This document shows, in pieces, positions 39,053-50,579 of a DNA stretch of 64,000 bases. The position numbers were made by a program, and so were the translations under genes. Every line of letters starts with the position of its first letter. Within the stretch, counting starts at the first letter, position 1. This stretch comes from Bacteroidota bacterium. Its GTDB lineage: Bacteria; Bacteroidota; Bacteroidia; 2-12-FULL-35-15. The notes beneath the pieces are model-generated. The model saw only the letters and a list, made by a program, of their open reading frames with translations. It was not told where the DNA came from and ran no database searches. The stretch covers positions 5,934-69,933 of the forward strand of contig JADJHE010000003.1 in NCBI GenBank assembly GCA_016707685.1. The letters are read 5' to 3'.

Positions 39053-40508
39053 TTTTTTGGCCAGGCATCAGCGTGTATTTGCTTCCAAACTTATTTAATC
39101 GCTTTAGTTCATCAACAGTTGTTTTGTTTTGTTGAGCAATTTTAAAGAGCGTGTCTCCCTTTTTAACAGTATATAGTTTAAAACCGCCTTGTGATTTAGT
39201 TGTGTTGGTTGGTGTTGCGGTGCTGCCGCCAGTTGTAGAAGCAGGCTTTTTACCATATACATAAATGGTTAGTTTTTTACCAGGCTTTACTGTGCTTCCC
39301 GATATACTGTTCCACTGTTTAATATCAGCAACTGTGCAGCCATATCGTTTGGCAATAGTACTCAAGTGCTCTCCACTTTTAACCGTATGAATTTTCATTG
39401 TTTCTTGTGATGCAAGAACAAGTTGACTATTCAAACTATCGTTGTTTAGGAAGTTGTAAATTTTATTTTCATTTGTAATAAATGCACCCATCTTGTTTGC
39501 TGGAAGGGTTAAGATGCTTATTTCATCAGGCATAACAGGAATAATACGTTTTTTATAAGTAGGGTTTAAGTACATTAATTCATCAGCAGGAATATCCAAA
39601 ACAGCCGAAATTTGTTCGAACGAAATTTGTTTTTTTACGATGACAGTATCAACTTCTAAAAAAGTTTTTTTAGGGATAGCAGAGTACAAGTTGTGCTCAG
39701 ATGTATAGCTCATTACATAATTAACTGCAATGAAGGCGGGGACATAGCCTTGTGTTTCTTTTGGTAAAAATGGACGAATTTCCCAATAGGTTCTTTTTCC
39801 GCCACTTTTTCTGATAGCACGGTTTACGGTTCCCGGACCGCCATTGTATGCCGCTAAAACCATTTGCCAATCGCCAAACAATCCATATAAATATTTGAAA
39901 TACTCACATGCTGCGATTGTTGATTTATATGGGTCGCAACGTTCGTCAACATAGGACGACACATTTAAACCATAAATTTTACCAGTTGGATACATAAACT
40001 GCCACAAGCCTGTTGCCCCTGCTTTACTTTTAGCTAATGGATTCAAAGCCGATTCGCATATAGCCAAGTATTTTAATTCTAAGGGAAGGTTGTATTTATC
40101 TAGTTGTTCTTCAAACATAGGGAAATAGAACTGTGATAATGCCATCATTCTCGCAACAAGCTCTCTTCTGCGTAATGTATACATTTGAATGTATCCTTTT
40201 ACAACAGGATTGTATTGCAAATCAAAAGGAGATGCTGCATCAAGCTTTGCTAAACGAGCTTCGTATACGCCATCATCGTACTTTGGAACTGAATCAGCAG
40301 GGAATTGATATTTAGAGTTTTTAGGATAAACAATTTTGGCATATCCCTTTTCGAATAAATTCAAATTGTGAAGGCTATCTAAAGCAGCGGCAATTGGATC
40401 GTCCTGAAATTGGTCTACCGCATAAGCCGATTGTGGTTGTGCCCACAATCCGTTTGTGCTGATAAGGCTAAAAATTATGTAAATAAGTGTGATGAAAAGC
40501 TTTTTCAA
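39033..40508 (-). CDS. Membrane-bound lytic murein transglycosylase (SLT domain) with two C-terminal LysM domains, MltD-like
   Basis: SLT catalytic motif …AICESALNPLAKSKAGATGLWQFM… Two LysM repeats (…HTVKSGEHLSTIAKRYG…, …YTVKKGDTLFKIAQQN…). Likely TTG start giving the signal peptide MKKLFITLIYIIFSLISTNGLWA. Confidence 0.85.
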   Translation of the reverse strand: MKKLFITLIYIIFSLISTNGLWAQPQSAYAVDQFQDDPIAAALDSLHNLNLFEKGYAKIVYPKNSKYQFPADSVPKYDDGVYEARLAKLDAASPFDLQYNPVVKGYIQMYTLRRRELVARMMALSQFYFPMFEEQLDKYNLPLELKYLAICESALNPLAKSKAGATGLWQFMYPTGKIYGLNVSSYVDERCDPYKSTIAACEYFKYLYGLFGDWQMVLAAYNGGPGTVNRAIRKSGGKRTYWEIRPFLPKETQGYVPAFIAVNYVMSYTSEHNLYSAIPKKTFLEVDTVIVKKQISFEQISAVLDIPADELMYLNPTYKKRIIPVMPDEISILTLPANKMGAFITNENKIYNFLNNDSLNSQLVLASQETMKIHTVKSGEHLSTIAKRYGCTVADIKQWNSISGSTVKPGKKLTIYVYGKKPASTTGGSTATPTNTTKSQGGFKLYTVKKGDTLFKIAQQNKTTVDELKRLNKFGSKYTLMPGQKIKVGTN

Positions 40509-40621
40509 AGTCGTATGGTTACTAAAATTCAATTGCTCGATAAACAAATATCACAATGATACTTTAAAATAGCTAGAACGATTAGACGAGCAGCTTATTT
40601 TTATACACGAAAGATTGTTGA

Positions 40622-42046
40622 TTAAACAGTTTCCGACAATTGTTTTGAAAAAGCAAGCAATTCGCCATCAGAGAACATATTTCCCATTAGCTGAACTCCA
40701 AAAGGTAAACCTTTGCTGTGTGTGCCCAATGGAAGCGAAATGGCAGGAATGCCGGTAATGTTTGCTTGGACTGTAAAAATATCTTCTAAATACATGGCAA
40801 TAGGATCGGCTCCTTTTTGGCCAAATTCAAAAGCTGTTCCTGGCGTTGAGGGTAATATAATAAAGTCGTAGTTTGATAATATTTCGTTCGTTTTGTTTTG
40901 AATCAACTTGCGAACTTTTTGTCCTTTTGAATAATAAGCATCATAATATCCTGCGCTTAATACAAAAGTGCCAAGCATGATTCTACGTTGTACTTCTTTT
41001 CCAAAACCTTCGCTACGCGATTTTTTGTAGGTTGATTCTAAATCGGTAGCATTTGGACTGCGGTAGCCGTAATTGATTCCATCAAAACGAGCTAAATTAG
41101 AAGACGCTTCAGCTGTTGTTAATACGTAATAAGTTGGAACCAAATATTCTAAGTAAGGAAAATTAACAGCTTCAACAGTGTGTCCAGCAGCTTTTAGCTT
41201 TTCAATAATGTCATAAATGCGATTTTTGATTTCAGCATCCAATCCATCGGCTTCTAAACATTCTTTTAGATAGGCAATTTTATATTTTTTTGTAGTAGTT
41301 AATTCTTTGCTATAAGCAGGAACTGGTTGTGAGGATGCTGTGCTGTCATATTCATCCGTGCCAGCCATCACTTCCATGATTAATGCAGCATCTTCAACCG
41401 TTTTGGTTAATGGACCAATTTGATCAAAAGAGGAAGCATAAGCAATTGCACCATAGCGAGATACACGTCCATACGTTGGTTTTAAGCCAACAACACCGCA
41501 AAAAGAAGCAGGTTGACGAATAGATCCGCCTGTGTCTGTTCCCAAAGCAGCAATACATAAATCGGCAGCAACAGCAGCAGCAGATCCACCAGAAGATCCA
41601 CCAGGAACACATTTAGTGTTGAGTGGATTTAATACATTTCCGAAAGCGGAGTTTTCATTGGAACTACCCATTGCAAACTCATCGCAATTACAACGACCAA
41701 TAATGATTGCATCTTCGGCAAGTAATCGTTCAACAACAGTTGCGCTGAATAATGATTCAAAATTTTCTAAAATCTTTGAAGAAGCAGAAACTTTATGGCC
41801 TTTGTAAACGATATTGTCTTTAAGGGCAATTACCATTCCAGCAAGCTTTCCAGCAGTTTTGTTTTTTAACTTTTCATCTACTTCTTTTGCTTTTGCCAAG
41901 GCCGATTGTTCAAATACTTCTAAAAAAATATTCAACGATTTTTTATCGTGAATATTTTTAATGTAGGATTGAGTAAGCTCAACACAGCTAATTGTGTTGT
42001 TTGATAAGTCGGAATGAATCTCAGCAAAAGAGTTGTAAGTCTTCAC
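40622..42046 (-). CDS. gatA: Glutamyl-tRNA(Gln)/aspartyl-tRNA(Asn) amidotransferase subunit A
   Basis: Amidase signature …GGSSGGSAAAVAADLCIAALGTDTGGSIRQPASFCGVVGLKPTYGRVSRYG… Length 474 aa. Confidence 0.9.
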   Translation of the reverse strand: MKTYNSFAEIHSDLSNNTISCVELTQSYIKNIHDKKSLNIFLEVFEQSALAKAKEVDEKLKNKTAGKLAGMVIALKDNIVYKGHKVSASSKILENFESLFSATVVERLLAEDAIIIGRCNCDEFAMGSSNENSAFGNVLNPLNTKCVPGGSSGGSAAAVAADLCIAALGTDTGGSIRQPASFCGVVGLKPTYGRVSRYGAIAYASSFDQIGPLTKTVEDAALIMEVMAGTDEYDSTASSQPVPAYSKELTTTKKYKIAYLKECLEADGLDAEIKNRIYDIIEKLKAAGHTVEAVNFPYLEYLVPTYYVLTTAEASSNLARFDGINYGYRSPNATDLESTYKKSRSEGFGKEVQRRIMLGTFVLSAGYYDAYYSKGQKVRKLIQNKTNEILSNYDFIILPSTPGTAFEFGQKGADPIAMYLEDIFTVQANITGIPAISLPLGTHSKGLPFGVQLMGNMFSDGELLAFSKQLSETV

Positions 42047-42117
42047 AAAAAGAAGGGTTGTATGGGATTATAAAACACAAAACCCCCAGCAAAGGGGATT
42101 TTGATGATATGAATTAA

Positions 42118-42315
42118 CTAGTCTTTTTTCTCTGGAGTAGAAGCGTTTTCGCCTTCACCTTTAGATGCGTCTTTAAATTCTTTAACACCTTTTCCTAGGC
42201 CTTTCATTAGTTCAGGGATTTTTTTACCACCAAAAAGTAATAAAACAATGATTAAAATGATAATCATTTCTGAACCACCTAGACCAAAAATGCCCAATAA
42301 AATATTATTTAACAT
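42118..42315 (-). CDS. tatA: Twin-arginine translocase subunit TatA/E
   Basis: 65 aa: N-terminal TM helix, amphipathic helix (…[24 protein letters not shown]…) and an acidic tail. Confidence 0.8.
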   Translation of the reverse strand: MLNNILLGIFGLGGSEMIIILIIVLLLFGGKKIPELMKGLGKGVKEFKDASKGEGENASTPEKKD

Positions 42316-42359
42316 GATTTATGTTTTTAAAATGCGCTACAAAGATAAGAAAATATCTA

Positions 42360-43613
42360 TTAATTGTTCCTGAATAACCAATCTTCGGGGTTTAATTTTG
42401 TTTGGCCCTTCCATATTTCAAAGTGCAACAGCGTTTTGGCGTCATCGTCATCGTAAAGAATAGAGCCAATGTTCTGCTTTGTTGTTACTTTATCCTCCAC
42501 TTTTACATATACTTCTTTAAGATTCGAATAAACGGTTATAAAATCGCCATGTCGTATTAGGATAAACTGTCCAGCACCAGGCATGTTTACCACGCCTTTA
42601 ACAACACCTTCAAATACAGCCCGAGCAATAGCACCATTATTGGTTGTAATGTCAACACCGTTGTTATTGATATCAATATTTGGCATTAAAGGATGCGGAT
42701 GCACACCAAATTTTTCGCTAATAATACCTTTTGCAACAGGCCATGGCAGTTTAGCTTTGTTGCTTGAGAATGAATTTGAAAGAAGTTGAGCTTCTGGTGT
42801 TAAGATTAATTTTGTTGGTTTAGGTTTTCCTTTTGGAGCTTCACTTACTTGTTTTTCAAGTTCTTTTTCAATAATTCTTTGAATCGCTAGTTGTAATTTT
42901 TGAGCATCTTTTTTCTTTTTCTCCAAATCCTTTTTCAACTTGTTTTCTTGTTGTTGTAGCTCAGAAAACACTTGTTCTTTTTCGGATTTTTCGGATGTAA
43001 GACTTTTTTTCTCCTCAACTTCATTCGTTAATAAATCTCTTTTATCCGTTTTTTTCGACTCAAGCTCTTGTACTTTTATATTCAAGTTCTTTTGTGTTCC
43101 AACAATCATTTCGGCTTGTTTATGCCTATAATCGCTGTACTGCTGAAGGTATTTTAATCGCATGTAAGCTTGTTGAAAATCTTTTGCTGCAAAAACAAAC
43201 ATTAAGCGGCTGTATGCATCTTGATTTTTATAGGCATAATAAATCATTTTTGCATATTCTGCTTTCAGCTTATCTAAATCAGTTTGAAGCTTATGAATAC
43301 TTTTATTATTCTCTTCAATGTTTTTGTTTAAGATGTAAATTTCGTTGTTGATGGTTGCAATTAACTCTTCGCGAGCACTTATTTTTTTATTCAAAATCAC
43401 CAATTGGTTCAATGAAAGTTTTTTATTTTTTTTAGTTTCTGCAAGCAATTGATTGGTGTTTTCAATCTCTTTTTGTAATTGCTTTTTTTTATTTTCTAAG
43501 TCTTTTTTTGTTTGTTTTTGGGCATAAGCCGTTGAGGTGCTTAGAGTTACTAAGCACATTACGATGAAAACGAATAAGGTGTTTTTATTGTTCTTTGTAA
43601 ACAACTTGCTCAT
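42360..43613 (-). CDS. M23 family metallopeptidase with N-terminal coiled coil (EnvC-like murein hydrolase activator)
   Basis: Long coiled-coil region, then the M23 domain (…GVDITTNNGAIARAVFEGVV…FILIRHGDFITVYSNL…). The signal peptide begins at MSKLF…. Confidence 0.8.
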   Translation of the reverse strand: MSKLFTKNNKNTLFVFIVMCLVTLSTSTAYAQKQTKKDLENKKKQLQKEIENTNQLLAETKKNKKLSLNQLVILNKKISAREELIATINNEIYILNKNIEENNKSIHKLQTDLDKLKAEYAKMIYYAYKNQDAYSRLMFVFAAKDFQQAYMRLKYLQQYSDYRHKQAEMIVGTQKNLNIKVQELESKKTDKRDLLTNEVEEKKSLTSEKSEKEQVFSELQQQENKLKKDLEKKKKDAQKLQLAIQRIIEKELEKQVSEAPKGKPKPTKLILTPEAQLLSNSFSSNKAKLPWPVAKGIISEKFGVHPHPLMPNIDINNNGVDITTNNGAIARAVFEGVVKGVVNMPGAGQFILIRHGDFITVYSNLKEVYVKVEDKVTTKQNIGSILYDDDDAKTLLHFEIWKGQTKLNPEDWLFRNN

Positions 43614-44433
43614 AATTATCTGGAATTTTAAATGGGAACGACTGTTCTTCGTTAAGTACAATTTTTGTATAGTTGATATCGATTAGAACGTTTTTCTTTG
43701 CCACAATCGTATATTTTATTTTTTGAGGAAACTGTTGTGTTGAATCCACTTTTGTAAAGTCAGAAAATTGTGCATCAAAACTTCTATCTGGATTAAATTC
43801 ATAAAAAAGAATCCGAACAATTTTAAAGTTGTCTGGTTGCATATAAATACTTTGTGCAGGCTCTCTTAACTCTTTGCCTTTTTCCATAACCTTTTTAAGT
43901 TTGTGTTTTCGAATAGTTCCCAATGTGTATTGGCAATTATCGACACCCGATTTTATTTTTTCATCTTCATCATAAAACTCAACGCTGTTGCCCACCAAAA
44001 GCGATTGCAGCATTTCAAAATCTAAGTCCGTATTCAGCAACTTACTAATGAATGCATAGTCGCCAACAAAAAATTGATTTTTAATTCGGTTCAAAAATTT
44101 TACCGAATCTTTTGTAATTAAAACTCTTGCACCTTCAATTCCAATCTTTGAGATTGACATCCAAAGCACACTATCTTTTTTTAAACGAAGTGTGATGCTA
44201 AATGAGTTGGAGGAACTATCAATCAAGGCTTCTGCATTAATTTTTGCATTCAGTCGATCAAATTTAAATTCATTTTCTTTTAATTGTTTCGTTAAAACCT
44301 TTGTTGACTTCGGATCAATAAAGCACTTGCCGTTGTTTAAAGCAATTGGTTGTTGATTTTTGCATGAACTCATAAATAAAGAGAACAAAACAATGCCAAT
44401 CAACAACATAATGGTATGTGTTGAAAACAGCAT
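43585..44433 (-). CDS. DUF4292 family lipoprotein
   Basis: Lipobox …LFMSSCKN. Conserved Bacteroidota gene between the TPR lipoprotein and M23 peptidase genes. Confidence 0.55.
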   Translation of the reverse strand: MLFSTHTIMLLIGIVLFSLFMSSCKNQQPIALNNGKCFIDPKSTKVLTKQLKENEFKFDRLNAKINAEALIDSSSNSFSITLRLKKDSVLWMSISKIGIEGARVLITKDSVKFLNRIKNQFFVGDYAFISKLLNTDLDFEMLQSLLVGNSVEFYDEDEKIKSGVDNCQYTLGTIRKHKLKKVMEKGKELREPAQSIYMQPDNFKIVRILFYEFNPDRSFDAQFSDFTKVDSTQQFPQKIKYTIVAKKNVLIDINYTKIVLNEEQSFPFKIPDNYEQVVYKEQ

Positions 44434-44455
44434 TTTTTTGTTTTTTATAAAAGAG

Positions 44456-46215
44456 CTATTCATACAGTTTTTTATCAGCAATTTTTTTATCAATCAAATT
44501 ACTTGCGCCACCTATTTTTTGAGCATTTATCCAGTAATTTAAAGCCTCATCTGTATTGCCAAGTTTGTACATTACATCACCATAGTGCTCTAGTAAGGTT
44601 GCGTTTCCTTTGCCACCATTATCAATTGCTTTGCCAATCCAAATCTTGGCATCTTCCAATTTATTCATTTGATAAAGAATCCAGCCATACGTGTCTTGGT
44701 ATGAACTATTATTTGGTTCTACTTGATTACATTTTTTAGAAAGTGCTTCTGCCCGCTCAAGGTTTGTTTTTCTTAATGACAAATAATAGGAATAGTTGTT
44801 TAATACGTAAGCGCTATTGGGATCAATTTCTAATGCCTTTTCATAGGCCTCATCGGATGCAGAATGATTTTTTAATTGGTTTTGAGCATCACCAATATTT
44901 GCATAAAATTGTGCTAATAGCAGGTCGTTACCAAAAACAAATTCTTTTCCTGTAGTAAATGCCTCTACTGCATCTTCGTATTTTTTAAGTTGAATATTTG
45001 CGGCACCATTAAAAAAGTAGGGGACGGGCTGATTTGGAAAAAGCTCCATGGCTTCCTTGCTATCTTTTTGTAATGCTTCAAAGTCGTTTAGGTCCGAATC
45101 CAGCACTAACAATTGATTCCAAATTGCATACTTTTCTTTATCAAGCGCAATTGCTTTTCTGAACTGTGTTCGCGCTTCTTCGTTTTTTTTGTCGCGGTAT
45201 AAAAAATCGCCATAAATAGAAAATGCTTTTGCGTCATCAGGATGTACAGCCACGATTATTTTGCAAAGTTCGTCTGCATCGCCTTTAAGTTCAGCATAAA
45301 CTTCGGTGATTGAATAATACGACAATAAAATTTTAACCTTTGTGTCAATGTCTAAATCTTTACTTTTAAAAGCTAATTTTATTTCCTCAAACGCTTTTTC
45401 ATTTTCCTTTTTAGAACGATAATAATCGGCAATAGAAAGGTGAACATATGCATTGTTGGGATCTATTTTCAACAAATCGTTGTAAGCATCAAACGCTTTG
45501 TCGGGTTGGCCTTTATCTTGATACAGCTCGCCAAGCATTCCAAAATATTTTGCTTCTTTAGGATAAGCTTTAATTAGTTTATTTGTTTCTTCAATTGCTT
45601 TGTCAAAACTTTTAAGGGAGCGGTAGATTTTTAATTTTTGTACAGACACCTCTTCACTAACACCAGTTCTTTCTTCAACTTTATCGTATGTTTTTATAGC
45701 TTCATTTGTTTTGCCAAGGAACAAATAGGCATTTGCAAGCTCATAATAAAACTCAACTTTGTTGGGATTCTTTTTTACAAGTGTTTCATATACCTTTGCG
45801 TATTCTGCAATGTTTTTGTTTTCTTTTAAGACAATCAGCATACAGCATTTGATACCAACTATTATTGGGATCAATAGTTGCAGCTTTTTTGCTATAAAAA
45901 GTGCTTGATTTTATTGTTTTGAAACAAATAGATGTTTGCTAACTCATACATAGTAGCAGCGCTATTCGGGTTAATTCGAAGCGCTTGACTATAATAGGTT
46001 TCAGCTAATTCATAATTGCCCAAAACCTTTTCTTTGTTTGCATTAAAAAAAAGGTATTCAAAATTTACCCTGTCTTTGTCAGCTAATTCGGCACCATTTG
46101 TTTTTTCTGGATTCGAATTTTTTGCACTTGCACTTGATTTACAGGAGCACAATGAAAGCACAAGCGCAAAAGCGATTGAAGGAAAGATTAGATATGTAGT
46201 TGTTTTAACTTTCAA
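44456..46215 (-). CDS. Tetratricopeptide-repeat lipoprotein; frameshift at a T/A4 run near 45905-45915
   Basis: Lipoprotein signal …LSLCSCKS. TPR repeats run throughout. ORFs 45892..46215 and 44456..45874 are bridged by an open frame (…LFQNNK|NQALFIAKKAATIDPNNSWYQMLYADCLK…). Confidence 0.7.
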
Positions 46216-46218
46216 TTT

Positions 46219-47223
46219 TTATCGAATCGTACTGTAATCACTTATGCTCGCGTCATTAGATTTGCCAGTATATTCAGCATAATTTCCAACCATTGAGTTA
46301 CTCAACTCTGCATTCATAATTTTTGAATTGGTTTGAATGATACAATTTTTTACAATGGATTTTTGAATAATTGTGTTTGCTCCAATGGAAGCATGTGGTC
46401 CAACAACAGCATCAATTAACTGAACGCCCTCGCCAATAAAGCAAGGCTCAATGATTTTAGAATTTTGATTTTTTACTGAAGGGTGAATCAAAGTTTCTTT
46501 TTCTTTTATAAACTCCAATATTCTTGAATTTGTATAAACGGTAGCATCTTTGTTCCCACAGTCCAACCATTCTGTTACTTTCCCTGGAGTAAATTTGGTT
46601 CCCTTTGCTTTCATGTTTTCTAAAGCATTGGTTAATTGAAATTCTCCTTTTTCTTTGATGTTGTTATCCAACAAATATTGTAGTTCGTTACGTAAATAGT
46701 CGCCATCTTTGAAATAATAGATACCTATGATTGCAAGGTCAGACACAAACTCTTGCGGTTTCTCCACAAAATCAGTGATTACATTATTAGCATCCATTTT
46801 TACAACACCAAAAGGTTTTGGATCCTCTACTTTCTGAACCCAAATAATTCCTTCTTGTGATGAGTCCATTTTAAAATCGGCCTTAAATAGGGTATCAGCA
46901 AATGCAACAACCACTTTACCGGTAACACATTCTTTTGCGCACATGATTGCATGCGCTGTTCCTAGCGGTTCATCTTGATAGAAAATGCTGCCTTTTGCAC
47001 CAAGGCTTTCGGCAACTTTAACCAAATTGTTTTCTGCTTCTTTTCCAAAACGCCCAACAACAAATGCAATTTCATCAACTTTTTCGTCACATACCTTGGT
47101 GATGTCTTCAACAATGCGTTGTACCATTGGTTTTCCTGCAATTGGAATTAATGGTTTTGGTGTTGTTAGTGTGTGTGGGCGCATACGCTTGCCCATTCCA
47201 GCCATTGGGATAATTATTTTCAT
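46219..47223 (-). CDS. Sugar-phosphate nucleotidyltransferase with C-terminal left-handed β-helix
   Basis: NTP-transferase motif MKIIIPMAGMGKRMRP…KPLIPIAGKPM… and hexapeptide repeats at the C-terminus. Confidence 0.7.
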   Translation of the reverse strand: MKIIIPMAGMGKRMRPHTLTTPKPLIPIAGKPMVQRIVEDITKVCDEKVDEIAFVVGRFGKEAENNLVKVAESLGAKGSIFYQDEPLGTAHAIMCAKECVTGKVVVAFADTLFKADFKMDSSQEGIIWVQKVEDPKPFGVVKMDANNVITDFVEKPQEFVSDLAIIGIYYFKDGDYLRNELQYLLDNNIKEKGEFQLTNALENMKAKGTKFTPGKVTEWLDCGNKDATVYTNSRILEFIKEKETLIHPSVKNQNSKIIEPCFIGEGVQLIDAVVGPHASIGANTIIQKSIVKNCIIQTNSKIMNAELSNSMVGNYAEYTGKSNDASISDYSTIR

Positions 47224-47235
47224 AAATACGATTTT

Positions 47236-47670
47236 TTATTTTTTTCCAGTGCTTCCAAACCCACCATCGCCTCGAGCGGTTTCTTCTAGCTGTTCAACTT
47301 CAATCCATTCGGCTTGTTCGTGTTTTGCGATTACCAGTTGAGCAACACGTTCGCCATCGTTTATTGTAAATGCTTCGTTTGATAAATTCACTAAAATAAC
47401 TTTTACTTCCCCTCTGTAGTCGGCATCAATTGTGCCAGGTGAGTTTAGTACGGTTAATCCGTTTTTAAATGCTAAACCGCTTCTTGGTCGAACTTGTGCT
47501 TCAAAACCAACTGGTAATTCCATAAATAAACCCGTAGGAACCAATGTTCGCTCCAAGGATTTTAATACTATGGGCGCATCTAAATTGGCACGCAAATCCA
47601 TTCCAGCTGCTGCTTGTGTTGCATAGCTTGGCAATTCGTGTTTTGATTTATTAATAATTTTAATTTTCAT
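47236..47670 (-). CDS. dut: dUTP diphosphatase
   Basis: …AAGMDLRA…[28 protein letters not shown]…GERVAQLVI… are the dUTPase motifs. Confidence 0.9.
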   Translation of the reverse strand: MKIKIINKSKHELPSYATQAAAGMDLRANLDAPIVLKSLERTLVPTGLFMELPVGFEAQVRPRSGLAFKNGLTVLNSPGTIDADYRGEVKVILVNLSNEAFTINDGERVAQLVIAKHEQAEWIEVEQLEETARGDGGFGSTGKK

Positions 47671-49144
47671 TTGATGCCATTTTAATAAAATGTTTTTTCT
47701 CGATTTTCCAGATGAATGCTATAAAAGCAAGAAGTAACACATTGCCAATTAATAGATTTATTACAACCATTTCTGATTTGAATAAAACATAGATAACATA
47801 CAAAGTTAATGATAAACCTAGGTAGCCAAGGATGCGTTTTAAATCATAATTAACAGGGTAATGTTTATTACCGATGAAGTAGGAGGCAATCATCATGCTG
47901 GCGTAGCATATTAAGGTTGCCCATGCTGAGCCCATGTAGCCAATTCGAGGAATCCAATAGAGGTTTAATGAAACGGTTATAATTGCACCAAAAATGGTTA
48001 GTAAGGCTCCGTAGTGCGTTTGTCCGGTTAGTTTATACCAGATGGATTGGTTGATAAAAATGCCCAAGAACAAATTCGCTAACAACAAAATAGGGACTAC
48101 ACCCAATCCTGCGCGATAATCTTCTCCAACAAAAAATTTAATCCAGTCGATATTCGCCATCGTGCCTAAAAAGATGATAGAGCAGATGATTACGAAGTAT
48201 TTCATAATGATTGCATAGGTCTTTTTTGCATCTTTCTCCTTCGATTGACTAAAAAAGAAGGGTTCGGCAGCAAAACGGAAGGTTTGAATAAAAATGGTCA
48301 TGATAATGGAAACTTTGTAACAGGCACCATAAATACCTGTTTGGGATAAGGCTTCGTTTTCTGGTAGCAAATGAATTAACAAAACACGATCAAGTGTTTC
48401 GTTAATCATGCCCGCCATGCCTGCAACCAAAAGAGGCAGTGCATATTGCATCATTTTTTTCCACAGTACAGAATCAAAAACATAGGTTGATTTATAAATT
48501 TCAGGGAAAAGAAGTAGAAGTGTTACAATACTGGCAATTAGGTTTGAAATAAAGATGTATCCAATTCCAATTTCTGGTTTGTAAAAAAGGTTAATAAAGC
48601 CTTTGAAAATGGATTCATCTGCATCGTATACCGATTTACAAAAAACAATAAAGAACAGATTTAACCCAATGTTGATTGCAATATTAATTGTTTTGATGAT
48701 TGCAAATCGTTTTGCTTTTGCTTGTTCACGCAATTTTGCAAAAGGTATTGCTGCTAATGCATCCGTTGCTATGATAATTGCAAACCAGGTTACATATTCG
48801 GGATGACCAGTAAATTTAATGCTTTCGGAAATTGAATTTGAAAAGGCGCTAGCCAAAACAATAAACGATGCACTCGAAATAAATACAGAAATAAAGGCGG
48901 TTGTATAAACACGTTGTTTATCATTTTCGGATTGTGAAAATTTGAACAAGGTTGTTTCCATACCATAGGTTAAAAACACCAATAAAAAAGATACATAAGC
49001 ATATGCTGACGTTACAACACCAAAATCCTCTGTAGAATAGTTATAGGTATAGAGCGGAGTAAGAAAATAGTTTAAAAGCCTGCCCACAATGGTAGGTAAA
49101 CCGTAAATAGCGGTTTGTGAAGCAAGTTTTTTAAGTGGATTCAA
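47660..49144 (-). CDS. Polysaccharide biosynthesis protein / oligosaccharide flippase (MOP/Wzx superfamily)
   Basis: 494 aa and ~14 predicted TM helices. Its stop overlaps the dut start. Confidence 0.7.
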   Translation of the reverse strand: MNPLKKLASQTAIYGLPTIVGRLLNYFLTPLYTYNYSTEDFGVVTSAYAYVSFLLVFLTYGMETTLFKFSQSENDKQRVYTTAFISVFISSASFIVLASAFSNSISESIKFTGHPEYVTWFAIIIATDALAAIPFAKLREQAKAKRFAIIKTINIAINIGLNLFFIVFCKSVYDADESIFKGFINLFYKPEIGIGYIFISNLIASIVTLLLLFPEIYKSTYVFDSVLWKKMMQYALPLLVAGMAGMINETLDRVLLIHLLPENEALSQTGIYGACYKVSIIMTIFIQTFRFAAEPFFFSQSKEKDAKKTYAIIMKYFVIICSIIFLGTMANIDWIKFFVGEDYRAGLGVVPILLLANLFLGIFINQSIWYKLTGQTHYGALLTIFGAIITVSLNLYWIPRIGYMGSAWATLICYASMMIASYFIGNKHYPVNYDLKRILGYLGLSLTLYVIYVLFKSEMVVINLLIGNVLLLAFIAFIWKIEKKHFIKMASNEN

Positions 49145-49240
49145 TTCAGTTTAAGTTAAGTTAAAATTTAATTTGTGCCTGAAGGCTTATGGTATTTGAT
49201 TTATTTAAAACTTCAAACGCCTTTAACTATTGTAACCGAA

Positions 49241-50024
49241 TTATTTTCCTGGAAAATTTGCTTTGCGTTTTTCCAAAAAGGCAGTTGTTCCTTCTTTGAA
49301 ATCGGCCGTGCCAAAACATTTTCCAAATTCATTGATTTCAGTATCAAAACCATTTACACCATCCACATAATTTGCATTTACAGAACGAATAGCACTTGCA
49401 ATTGCAACAGACGATTTGCTGATAATTTTGCCAGCAATTTCATTGCATTTTGTAAGTAATTCTTCTTGTACTACAACATGGTTCACAAGTCCCCAGGAAA
49501 GGGCATCACTTAGCAGATACCATGTCTGCTGTCATAATCATTTCTAAAGCTTTTCCTTTTCCAACCAATTGTGCCAAACGTTGTGTTCCACCGTATCCAG
49601 GAATTACACCCAAGGAAACTTCTGGCAAGCCCATTTTTGCATTGTCCGAAGCAACACGAATATGGCAACTCATAGCAAGCTCTAAGCCACCTCCCAAAGC
49701 AAATCCGTTAACTGCTGCAATTACAGGTGTTGTTAAATTTTGAACGAAATCAAATAATTTTTTATGTCCTTCAGCACTTAATGCTTTTCCTTGTTCTACT
49801 GTAAAGCTTGCAAATTCAGAAATATCAGCACCTGCAACAAATGCTTTTTGTCCTGAACCGGTGATGATTATAACTTTAATAGCGGTATCTTTTTCTGCAG
49901 CATCAAATGCTTGATGAAGCTCATCTATTGTTTTTTTATTAAGTGCATTTAATTTATCGGGACGATTAATAGTAATCGTTTGTATGTTATTTTCTGTTGC
50001 TGTTACTATGTTTTCGAAGTGCAT
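49241..50024 (-). CDS. Enoyl-CoA hydratase/isomerase (crotonase) family protein; frameshift near 49505-49515
   Basis: Crotonase motifs …VIIITGSGQKAFVAGADI… and …AAVNGFALGGGLELAMSCHIRVA… The C-terminal part continues out of frame (…MTADM…|DALSWGLVNHVVVQEELL…). Confidence 0.8.
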
Positions 50025-50048
50025 ACGCGTTGTGTTTTTAAATTTAAT

Positions 50049-50456
50049 CTAGAAATTTCTATGTTCTTTTACATAGTTGGTGATGTATTCAACAATTTCT
50101 TTTGTGTCTGTACCAGGAGGAAAAAGTTTTCCAACACCAAGATCATTTAGCTTTTTGATATCAGGATCAGGAATAATTCCTCCGCCAGTTAATAACACAT
50201 CGTTCAAGCCTTTTTCTTTCATGAGTGTCATTATTTTTGGAAAAACAGTATTGTGTGCGCCAGATAAAATGCTAATTCCAATGGCATCCACATCTTCTTG
50301 AAGTGCTGCATTTACAACCATTTCTGGTGTTTGACGTAAACCTGTGTAAATAACTTCCATTCCTGCATCTCGCAAAAAGGAAGCAATAACTTTAGCACCA
50401 CGGTCGTGTCCATCAAGTCCAACTTTAGCTACTAAAACTCTTATGGGTCTGTTCAT
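50049..50456 (-). CDS. Cobalamin (B12)-binding domain protein, methylmalonyl-CoA mutase small-subunit-like
   Basis: …[35 protein letters not shown]… is the B12-binding DxHxxG-type motif. Length 135 aa. Confidence 0.75.
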   Translation of the reverse strand: MNRPIRVLVAKVGLDGHDRGAKVIASFLRDAGMEVIYTGLRQTPEMVVNAALQEDVDAIGISILSGAHNTVFPKIMTLMKEKGLNDVLLTGGGIIPDPDIKKLNDLGVGKLFPPGTDTKEIVEYITNYVKEHRNF

Positions 50457-50579
50457 ATATTCGGTTCAAATTATTGGTTACGAATATACAAAAATCCCTG
50501 GCTTGTATTGAGATTTTTAGCCAGAATTCGTATTTTGAATTGTAATAATAAAAAGATGAAATGGAAGGGCAAAAAACAC

